This document shows, in pieces, positions 10,760-20,256 of a DNA stretch of 28,865 bases. The DNA is from Octopus sinensis (lineage: Eukaryota). The position numbers and the translations under genes were made by a program. Under the pieces are notes generated by a model. The model saw only the letters and a program-made list of their open reading frames with translations, was not told the DNA's origin and ran no database searches. Numbering within the stretch: position 1 is the first letter of the stretch; each line of letters begins with the position of its first letter. The stretch lies in assembly GCF_006345805.1 (NCBI RefSeq), contig NW_021833468.1, positions 1 through 28,865 of the forward strand. Direction: 5' to 3'.

Positions 10760-11420
10760 TATCATCAAACCTGGAAAGTTACTTAAAACCTGCTAGAGTC
10801 ACAGCAAGACATAAGAAAACCAAAACACCAAGCAAACTTAAAAACTAGAAAAAAAGAGCAAATTATCTGACTGGTGGGAGAAGGCGTTGCATGATAGGTT
10901 CCCAAAGATAGTTTCAGCAAGTAGTAGTAGTCAGACATGTTTATGTCTGCAGAGAGGGAAGCTGAAAAGGAAGACAGAAAGTTTGCTAGTAGCAGTACCA
11001 GATCAAGCATTAAGGACTAATTGGATAAAAACCAAGATGTACAAAAGCCAAGTAAATTCCCAATGTATATTATGCAAGTAAATAGAGGAACGCTTTACTC
11101 ATATAGTAAGTGAATATAGCATTCTGGCACAGAAAGAATACAAGAAAAGCTATGGAGAGCAATCCACTGGGAGTTATGTAGAAATCTAGGATTTGAACAC
11201 ACTAATAAATGGTATGAACACGAACCTTGTAAATTACTAGAAAGTAAGAAATACAAGATGTTACGGAACTTTAACATTCAGATGAGCAGCTAGAAGTCCT
11301 GATTTAGTAGTAATAAATAAAGAGGATAGAAAGTGCCAGATAATTGACATTACAGTCCCGAATGATGAAAAAATTAATATGAGAAATATAGAAAAAATAG
11401 CAAAGTACTGTGGTTATAGA
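10760..11420 (+). pseudogene. Decayed R4/Dong-clade non-LTR retrotransposon, CCHC finger + restriction-like endonuclease (RLE) region
   Basis: Translation across stops/frameshifts: WWEKALHDRF...KTESLLVAVPDQALRTNW...CILCK*IEERFTHIVSEY..LAQKEYK...IHWELCRNLG...KWYEHEP...PDLVVINKEDRKCQIIDITVPND..IEKIAKY. These match the R4-clade motifs AAQDQAL, CxxC..H..C, IHWxLC, WYxHxP, PD..D and EKxxKY. Confidence 0.85.
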
Positions 11421-11494
11421 ACCTAGCTGTTCTTTCTAGCGTGTTGAATCCCACGAATGGATTCCTTATATGTTTAAATGTATACTGTATCCAC

Positions 11495-11702
11495 GGGAAA
11501 GGCAAAGGCCGATACAGCCTGGCACCAGTGACGTCGCAGCTCATTTATTAACGTGCAAGTGGCTGAGCACTCCACGGACACGTGTGCCCTTAACGTAGTT
11601 CTCGGGGAGATACAGCGTGACACAGAGTGTAACTAGGCTGGGCCTTTGAAATACAGGTACAACAGAAACAGGAAGAAAGAGTGAGAGAAAGTTGTGGTGA
11701 AA
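11495..11702 (-). mobile_element. SINE fragments (body A end + tail 1 at 11547-11702, adjoining a different SINE tail fragment)
   Basis: ATTAACGTGCAAGTGGCTGAGCAC...GAGAGAAAGTTGTGGTGAAA is near-identical to 91-241. Confidence 0.8.
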
Positions 11703-12064
11703 TATGTTTGTGGCAATTTCAAACTCGTAAACAAGCCATTCACTGTTTTTTCTCATAGAGAAAATTTCTCGTTGTATACAGATGGCGTAAATACACCTAA
11801 ATCACTCGCAGCGCCACCTGTCCAACTGTGAGACGCAAGCACTTTGGAGTGGTTATCTCTTATTCAATCACATAAACCGGTCGGTGGCGTTGCGACCTAC
11901 TTAGCGCTACCAACCGCCGATTAGCGCTACCAGCCGACTTACGATGCTTGAAATAACAGAAGAGGGATTGAATCTCTTATCATCTCGCAGCGCCACCGTC
12001 AAGTTTCTGTGACTAAACAGGAGATAACCACCCTGAAATGCTTGCATCACACAGTCTTAATAGG

Positions 12065-12230
12065 TAGCGTTGTGACTGTGTGGTAAGAAGCTTGTTTCCT
12101 AACCACATGGTTCCGGATTCAGTCCCTCTACGTGGCACCTTGCGTAAGTGTCTTCTACTATAGTTTTGGCCGACCAAAGATTTGTAAGCAGATTTGGTAG
12201 GCGGAAACTGAAACAAACCTATCGTATACA
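12065..12230 (+). mobile_element. tRNA-derived SINE (GTGTGGTAAGAAGCTTGC family)
   Basis: TGACTGTGTGG A-box-like, GGATTCAGTCCC B-box-like, central GGCACCTTGCGTAAGTGTCTTCTAC; copies at 12410, 15165, 23180 and 27855. Confidence 0.85.
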
Positions 12231-12297
12231 TATTCTTGTCCGCCCCGATATCCGAAACTTTGACTTTTATTATGGCAACCAACTTATTGTCACATAT

Positions 12298-12357
<60 letters not shown>

Positions 12358-12409
12358 TGTACATATACATATATATATATATATGTTTTGTATGTATGTA
12401 TGTGTGCGA

Positions 12410-12550
12410 TACGTTTCCGTCTGCCACATTCACTCACAAGGTATTGACTGGTACAGGGCAATGGTAGAAGATACTGGCTGAAGGTGCCACGCACTCAGGT
12501 TGAACCCGAAATCACGTGATTGCAAAGTGAGCTTAACCACATAGCCATTC
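12410..12550 (-). mobile_element. SINE, same family as 12065-12230, opposite orientation
   Basis: TTTCCGTCTGCCACATTCACTCACAAGG...TAGAAGATACT...GGTGCCACGC is the reverse complement of the family body. Confidence 0.75.
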
Positions 12551-12564
12551 CTATATAGATAGAT

Positions 12565-12735
12565 ATATACACACATGCATACATGCATGCATGCATAGAT
12601 AAATACATACACATACATACATACATACACACATACATACATACATACATACATAAATACATACATACATACATACATACATACATACATACATACATAC
12701 ATACATACATACATACATACATACATACACACCCA
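12565..12735. repeat. (CATA)n microsatellite
   Basis: Direct reading; explains the MYVC-repeat ORFs. Confidence 0.95.
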
Positions 12736-13464
12736 TGTTTGCTTATGTAAATGCATTATATACATGTTGCGCAACTGTCTGAACCAATAGGCTCTTTTAG
12801 CTGATTAAATTTCTTGAAGAATATAGCATGGAGGAAATGACATTCCAGCTTGCATCTTTCAATAATCTTCAAATCTGGTACTACTTGGTTTTAAAAGTTG
12901 GAAATACGGAGTGATAGTAATAGATCAGATTAGGCAGTGATTTAATGCCGAGGGAGCCAAGATTCTGAAGATGAAGATGAAACTAACTAAACGGAATGTT
13001 ATCAAATGCATGATGGAAGTAAGTAAAGCCTTAAGCTAATGTTTAATCAAATTATCAGAAGATTTAACAATAGGCAGTCGCTAACATACAGTGAGTGATC
13101 GTCTGTGAGACCAGGTAATAGAAAGGAAGAGAGAAAGAGAGAAGTAGAAAGTGATTATAATAGAGCAAAACAGAAGTATATATTAGGAGGGAAACGGAAT
13201 ACAGAAAGAAAGCTATGGTAAAGAGGCTACGACAAAGTGCGGAGATAAAGTCGTCAACAAAAGTACAATAGGCTCAATGAGGGGGAACGAAAAAGAAAGA
13301 CGACAAATATAGAGAGAGATCAGAGAGAGTTTGTAAGTTCGGAGAAAACGTAAGAGCGTGTATGTGGGTTGAAATTCCATATATATTCTTTGAAGGATGC
13401 TGTGACACCGAAAATGCTTCAAGTGTTGCTGAATATTTTCACAGGGCTTATGTATATTTGCAAA

Positions 13465-13534
13465 TATGTATGTATGTATGTATAAGTGGTGTAATATACA
13501 CGCTCATGTGTCGGAGTTTGTGAGCACCTGTATG

Positions 13535-13572
<38 letters not shown>

Positions 13573-13753
13573 CATGTGTATATATATACATATATATATA
13601 CAAAATCAATCTATCTATGTGCGCGTGTCTGTATACATGTAATGAATGTATGTATGTGTGTATGCATGTATGCATTGTATATATGCATGCAGACACGTAT
13701 GCATGTATGTATGTATATGTATGTATATTTCTATATATAAACGTACGTGTACG

Positions 13754-13788
<35 letters not shown>

Positions 13789-14040
13789 AGTATATACGTA
13801 AATGTCGGACGATGAAATGAGTGGCGTATGTGTGTGTGTGTGTATGTGTACATATATATGCATATACATTTGCGCTTATGCATGTAATTAAACATACACA
13901 CATACATGCAAATATATATATATATAAATCTATACACATATATATATGCAAATATAACTATGTATATACATACATCTATATATATATGCATGTGTAAGTG
14001 TGTGTGTGAATGTGTGTGTATATATATACATATATATCTT

Positions 14041-14129
<89 letters not shown>

Positions 14130-14230
14130 CATACCTATTATAACATATATCTATATATACAAATATACATAATTACACAAACACACACACACACACACAT
14201 ATGTGTGTGTGTGCATACATATACGTATGC
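13465..14230. repeat. Long degenerate (TA)n/(TG)n/(CA)n low-complexity tract
   Basis: Direct reading. Confidence 0.9.
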
Positions 14231-14569
14231 AGATGGGCAGACAGTGTGATGGTGATGATAATTTGTCGTTCCGGGGCACTTAGTCGAAAAAAATATCTGA
14301 CAGTTGATATCTGTTAATTTAGATTTTCAAATGTAAATTCACAGTCACTAGTTCAGATACGTATCATATTCCCAAGTAATAGTTCTGCATGTGGTTGTAA
14401 GTGTAGGTACGTGGTTCACAAATTCACATCACCACCATGGAGTTTATGGGGTAAATCCTATTGTTCACACATTTGAGCGTTTCCTATCGGAGCCTTTGGA
14501 TGACACTTATTATTTGAAATCTGGAGGAGAAAAATTGTGTCGTGGTGTGCCGTGTATATTTTTTTACCT

Positions 14570-14735
14570 ATGACTTGTTTCAGACGTTAGACTGTGGCCA
14601 TGCTGGGGCACTGAATGAATTGACTCCAGTACTTATTCTATTGGTTACTTTTGGCGAACCGCTAGGCGTAAGCATACTAATACAGGTTGCCAAGCAGTGG
14701 TGGGTGACAACCACAAACGCAAATACACACAGATA
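14570..14735 (+). mobile_element. SINE-like repeat (TGTTTCAGTCATT..GACTGCGGCCATGCTGG family), internally deleted
   Basis: Aligns with 22944-23145 and with the fragments at 25225-25270 and 26030-26070. Confidence 0.7.
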
Positions 14736-14938
14736 TACATATATACATATATATCAATGTCGATATATATATATATATATATAATATATATATATATAAA
14801 TATATATATATATAATATATACGTACATATATATATACGTACATATATATATAGGGATAAGATCGTTAATTTAATTATTGATCTTATAAAGTGTCCAGCA
14901 TGGGAATACAAACCTTCAAAGGTAATAATTGTTATTAA

Positions 14939-15103
14939 AATTATAATTTAGGGTATCTAAGAGATACCTCTACGCTGGAAATAGCAGCCAAAACTTGACT
15001 CTAAAACCACATTAAATGTTCATCATGATCATTTAATGTGGTTTTAGAGTCAAATTTGGCTGCTATTTCCAGCGTGGAGGTATCTCATTGATACCCTAAA
15101 TTA

Positions 15104-15107
<4 letters not shown>
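14939..15107. repeat. ~170-bp inverted repeat (arms ~80 bp, 11-nt loop)
   Basis: 14939-15018 is the reverse complement of 15030-15107 with about 4 small mismatches. Confidence 0.9.
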
Positions 15108-15164
<57 letters not shown>

Positions 15165-15168
<4 letters not shown>

Positions 15169-15335
15169 GACTGGTTACTTTCTGTTTCCGTCTACCAATT
15201 CACTCTCCACCACTTACAAGGTTTGGTCGGCTTCATGTTACAATAGAAGACACTTGCCGAAGGTTCCACGCTGTGGGACTGACTGTACTGGGAAACATGT
15301 GGTTGGGAAGCAAGCTCCTTACCACACATCCACCC
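15165..15335 (-). mobile_element. SINE, same family as 12065-12230
   Basis: TTTCCGTCTACCAA...TAGAAGACACTTGCC...CATGTGGTTGGGAAGCAAGCTCCTTACCACAC. Confidence 0.8.
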
Positions 15336-15369
15336 AAATATTATATCGATAAACGTCGCCCTTTTCATG

Positions 15370-15499
15370 GACCCGGAGCCTCGTGGAGCTTTTAGGTGTT
15401 TTCACTCAATAAACACACACAACGCCCTGTCTGGGAATCGAAACCGCGGTCTTTCGACCGCGTGTCTGCTGCCCTAACCACTGGGCCATTGTGCCTCCA
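15370..15499 (-). mobile_element. tRNA-derived SINE head + part of body A
   Basis: Near-identical to 273-399. Confidence 0.85.
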
Positions 15500-16309
15500 C
15501 GTATTATATTATTTTATATTATATCAATGCACAGTATGGTATAGTATGGTATATTACTCCATGATTGTGAGTATCTTTCTCTGAATTATTTAGGAAAATT
15601 AGGAAAATCGAGAGATAATATTAAACCGGTCCACTTGATAAGTCATTTGATATATTTATTCTGAAATCAGTTATAGTTACTTACACTTGGCTGTTGTCGT
15701 CAGAAGTGCTATGAACGAATGACTGTTCCTTTAGAAACGTGTGACCAACGACACTATTGTTCACATAATTACCATAAGTGTAATGTATTCAGACAGATCA
15801 AACTACCTTAGAATATTCTTCATGACGTGAAGTAACAGGTAGTGATTATAACTGCAGCGCCTTCGATCATAGATCTTTTTCGATCCGTGCTGGCATGGAA
15901 AATAAACGGCAACAAATGCAACAGAATTGATTTCTGAGTCTCCGGGGATTAATCCATTTTATGAATAGACGTATTGTAACCATAGGCCTGATGAAATTCT
16001 AGACAGCTGTGGGTGAAACGCATTTGACCATTGGTCTGTTATCTCAATGCGGCCTGGAGGTTCAACAATAGTGAAAATAATGACACAAAATGCCGAAACA
16101 CTAGTTATTGTCATAGTGCTAATACTCGTTACCAGGAAGCATTATGCTATTCTGCGATAATTTATGAAGGTGAATCCACCAAAGGGGCATTTTATATAGT
16201 CGCTCTATCTGCTAGAAGTAGCAGCTAATTCGTCTATAAACTAGTTCTTATCTAAAGAAAAAAGTGAAAACCAAAATCACATGATAAACATTCATTATAT
16301 ATATATTCC

Positions 16310-16740
16310 AAGGCGGTGAGCTACAGGTTTGTCTGTATGCCAGACCAAATGCCTAGTGGTATTTCTTCCGTCTATATGTTCTGAGTTCAAATTCCACCGA
16401 GATTGACTTTGCCTTCCATCCTTTCGATACCGATACATAAGTACCCAGTTGAACACTGGAATCGATGAAATCGATTTACCCCCTCCCTTAATTATTGTCC
16501 TTGTGCCAAAATTTGAAATTGGCGAGCTTACAGAATCATCAGCATACCGGACAAAATGCTTAGTGGCACATCGTCCGTCTTTACGTTCTGGGTTCAAATT
16601 CCGCCGAGGTCGATTTTGACCTTTCATACTTTCGGGGTCGATGAAATAAGTACTACTCAAACACTGGGGAGTGGGGGAGGGGTTTATTTAATCGACTAGC
16701 TCCATCCACCAAAAATGCTGACCTGGTGTCAAAATTAGAA
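16310..16740 (+). mobile_element. Two head-to-tail SINE copies (16310-16520 and 16521-16740), same family as 5367-5592
   Basis: Each has the GGCG(GT)GAGCT start and a GTTCAAATTCC B box. Confidence 0.8.
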
Positions 16741-16805
16741 ATATGTTTACCTCGATTTTTGAAAATAATGAGAAAATAATGATTGGAAAACCTAAAAATC
16801 GATGA

Positions 16806-17700
16806 TTTTTGTGGAAAATTTTCGAAAAAATTTTCAAAAATTTTTAGGGAAAATTTTTTAAAAGTTTACAAAAATTTTTGGGTAAAATTTTCAAAAAATT
16901 TTTCAAAAGTTTTGGGGAAAATTTTCAAAAAATTTTTGGGGAAAATTTTCAAAAGCTTTTTCAAAAGTTTTGGGGAAAATTTTCGAAAAATATTTCAAAA
17001 ATTTTTGGGGAAAATTTTCGGAGAATTTTTGAAAAATTTTTAGGGAAAATTTTTGAAACATTTTTGAAAAATTTTTGGGGAAAATTTTCAAGTTTTTTAA
17101 AAATTTTTTGGGAAAATTTTCGAAAAGATTTTTTTTTAATTTTTAAGGTAAATTTTCAAAAAAGTTTCCAAAAACTTTTGGGGAAAATTTTTGGAGATAA
17201 TTTTCAAAAGATTTTTTTTAATTTTTGTGGAAAATTTTCAAAATATTTTTTTTTAATTTTTAGGGAAAATTTTCAAAAACGTTTTCAAAAATTTTTGGGG
17301 AAAATATTCAAAAAATTTTTCAAAAATTTTTAGGAAAAATTTTCAAAAAATTTTTGAGGAAAATTTTCAAATGATTTTCAAAAATTTGGGGACAGTTTTC
17401 GAAAAATTTTTGAAAAATTTTTAGGGAAAATTTTCAAAAAATTTTTGAGGAAAATTTTCAAAAGATTTTCAAAAAATTTTTCAAAAATTTTTGAGGAAAG
17501 TTTTCAAAAGATTTTTCAAAAATTTTGGGGAAAATTTTCGAAAAATTTTCGAAAAATTTTTCAAAAATTTTTAGCGAAAATTTTCAAAAACTTTTTGAGG
17601 AAAATTTTTCAAAAATATTTGGGGAAAGTTTTCAAAAATAGTTTTGGGGAAAATTTTCAAAGGATTTTTCAAAAATTTGGTGAAATTTTTCAAAAAATTC
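16806..17700. repeat. Degenerate A/T-tract minisatellite, unit ~24-25 bp (TTTTCAAAAAATTTTTGGGGAAAA)
   Basis: Direct reading; alternating A and T runs with short C/G spacers. Explains the K/F/N/I-rich ORFs on both strands. Confidence 0.9.
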
Positions 17701-17916
17701 AGAGTCTACTTGGTCCACTGAATCAAAAAGAACAAACAAGCCAAATATTGTAATCACCTGACTGGCAAATTGCCAAATCATTGAAAATAAATTATTATAA
17801 TTTCCTTTTCTTCTTGTTGTTTTCTTCTTGTTGTTGTTGTTTTTTTTTGTATCTCAAATGGATGGGAATTATAATGGAATGTTTAAGTTAGTGATTATAT
17901 CTATCAACGGTGTTTA

Positions 17917-18120
17917 AGGCGCCGAGCTGGCAGAGTCGTTAAGTACACTGGGCAAAATACTTAACGGTATTCTGTCCATCTTTATGAGGTCGACTTTGCC
18001 CTTTCATACTTTCGGGGTCGATGAAATAAGTACTACTCAACCACTGGGGAGTGGGGGAGGCTTGATTTAATCGACTAGATCCATCCACCAAAAATGCTAA
18101 CCTTGTGTCAAAATTAGAAA
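17917..18120 (+). mobile_element. SINE, same family as 5367-5592; 3' half shared with the 16521-16740 copy
   Basis: GGCGCCGAGCTGGCAGAGTCGTT head, B box deleted; 17986-18184 duplicates 16606-16806. Confidence 0.8.
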
Positions 18121-18526
18121 TATGTTTACCTCGATCAGAGCCAGCTGAGAAAATAATGATTGGAAAAATTAAAAATCGATGATGTTTAAAAGTTGTCAAA
18201 AATTGATTGCTTCAATGCAAATACGTGGGTGACACGAATATTTTTTTTTAAGACTGACTGCTTAAGTGAAATTTTAAATGAAAGCGAAAGATAGTCTCGT
18301 TAGTTGACAGCTGCACGAGACAGAGAAATAACTTGTCATTAGAGAGGGTGAAAGCAATTTCCTCGCCTTCAAAATGTCCCATTGTTAATTTGATCATGTC
18401 ATCGAGGTGTTATATACGAGTGTTTAAAGGGTTATCATGAATGAAAAATGGGTAGAAGAATTTGAGCCGAAGTTGATAATGTTGAAAGCCATGTCATGGG
18501 GGTAGGCGTCAAAAGATTCATCCCTT

Positions 18527-18700
18527 CTATATTTAAGAGATGAGGAATTATGTACATTATTTACATTCGACGGATATTTGTCCTCATCTTGTTTGTTGTT
18601 AACACAACACTTCGGCTGATATACCCTCCAGCCTTCGACAGGTGTCTTGGGGAAAGTATGAACTTGGGTTCTCATTCCTAAGGTATTTTTTGATGTTGCT
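18527..18700 (-). mobile_element. HHR-bearing repeat (Penelope-like terminal repeat type), degenerate core
   Basis: Minus strand GACAC-CUGUCGA-A-GGCUG..CAGCC-GAAG-UG-UU^GUGUU at 18646-18601: stems I and II intact, three core substitutions. Second copy at 8129-8212. Confidence 0.65.
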
Positions 18701-18751
18701 ATTATTATTAGTAGTAGTAGTATTGTTGTTGTTGTTGTTCTTATTATTATT

Positions 18752-18824
18752 AAGGTCACTGCCTGGAATCGAACTCAGAATATTGGGGTTAGTAGCCTGC
18801 GCTCTTAACCACTACACTATATGC
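18752..18824 (-). mobile_element. tRNA-derived SINE head followed by (AAT/AAC)n linker
   Basis: Minus strand GCATATAGTGTAGTGGTTAAGAGCGCAGGCTACTAACCCC..GAGTTCGATTCCAGG with A- and B-box-like motifs. Stems are too degenerate for a functional tRNA. Confidence 0.7.
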
Positions 18825-18924
18825 TAAATATTAATAAAAATATACATATATTCATAGTTTGAGCTTTATTTTTCCTGTTTGCATCTACAAAATTGTGAGT
18901 AGACAGACACATAGACAAACGGAC

Positions 18925-19000
<76 letters not shown>

Positions 19001-19001
19001 G

Positions 19002-19063
<62 letters not shown>

Positions 19064-19079
19064 CAGGTAGATAGATAGG

Positions 19080-19116
<37 letters not shown>

Positions 19117-19117
19117 G

Positions 19118-19184
<67 letters not shown>
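18925..19184. repeat. (GATA)n microsatellite
   Basis: Direct reading. Confidence 0.97.
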
Positions 19185-19185
<1 letters not shown>

Positions 19186-20079
19186 TGTTTCTTTATTAGC
19201 CACACAGGGCTGCACACAGATAGAACAAATTACAAGGTAGAGCTTTTCTTTTGAAGGTATTAAAAAAAAAAAAAAAAAAAAAAGGAAGGGGGAGGTTCGA
19301 TCAAAAGGGATCGTAAAAGGAGAGAAAGAGGACAAAAATAAGGGGGGTTAAAAAAAAAAAAAAAAAAAGGGGGGGGGGAGGAAAAAAAATGATCAATAGG
19401 GATCGTTATCACAGAAATGTCAATATGAAGTGTAAAGGGGAGGACAGGTGAGGTTTACCCGTGGAAAGAAAAGCCTGCGGAAAAGACCACGGTAACCTCG
19501 GTCAATGAAGTCACATTTTATATTTCTTTTTTTTTTTTTTTTTTTTTTTTGCAAATAAGCAACTCTCTGTTTTCGATTTCTGGGTTCATAGGACTATGCT
19601 CAAGGTGGCTTCGTCATTCATACGTGCCATTCTTGCTACATTCACCCATCTTTTTTTAAAACATTCGCTAGACAAAACTTGCCTCTCTACTCTCACTTTC
19701 CTTTTCAAGTGGTACTTGAAGAAGTTGATGAGAGATTGACCAGAGAGGAAAGTGTTTGTCTCCAATCCTTTCAGACGCGTCCACCAGATACATTCTTTCG
19801 CCATAGCCACAAGGATGATGAAAATAGCTCTTCCTTCCCGTTTGAAGGAAGGAGGCGTGACAATATTGACGATAGACTCAGCTGATAAACCGACTCGTCC
19901 CACACGTGACAGCAGTTGTTCGACATAAGCCCAAAGGTCGGAAATTGTTGGACACTGAACGAGTGCGTGCAGAACGGTTTCGTCGCTCTGACCGCATCTC
20001 GGGCAGGTCGGCCCCGTGTTTCTCGAGCCGTGTCTGTAGAGCTTATCCCGAACGGGTAGCGCTTCTCGGTAGCACTGCC

Positions 20080-20081
<2 letters not shown>
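19185..20081 (-). mobile_element. Tx1/L1-clade LINE, 5'-truncated copy 2 (end of ORF2 + 3' UTR)
   Basis: Colinear with 20256-21123 with only scattered substitutions and homopolymer-length differences. Encodes [14 protein letters not shown]...CPRCGQSDETVLHALVQC...ATLSIVL*. Confidence 0.92.
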
Positions 20082-20153
<72 letters not shown>

Positions 20154-20154
20154 G

Positions 20155-20195
<41 letters not shown>

Positions 20196-20196
20196 G

Positions 20197-20255
<59 letters not shown>
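20081..20255. repeat. (GATA)n microsatellite between the two LINE copies
   Basis: Direct reading. Confidence 0.97.

Positions 20256-20256
<1 letters not shown>

Noticed and set aside
12965-12990. CTGAAGA...GAAAC hammerhead-like spacing
   Set aside because: No stem II pairing and no GUH triplet.
12930-13025. Strong donor GAA|GTAAGT near 13019
   Set aside because: No upstream acceptor gives a stop-free frame.
16783-17753. K/F/N/I-rich ORFs on both strands
   Set aside because: Read-through of the A/T-tract minisatellite.
18752-18824. Possible tRNA gene
   Set aside because: Acceptor, anticodon and T stems do not pair adequately; treated as a SINE head.
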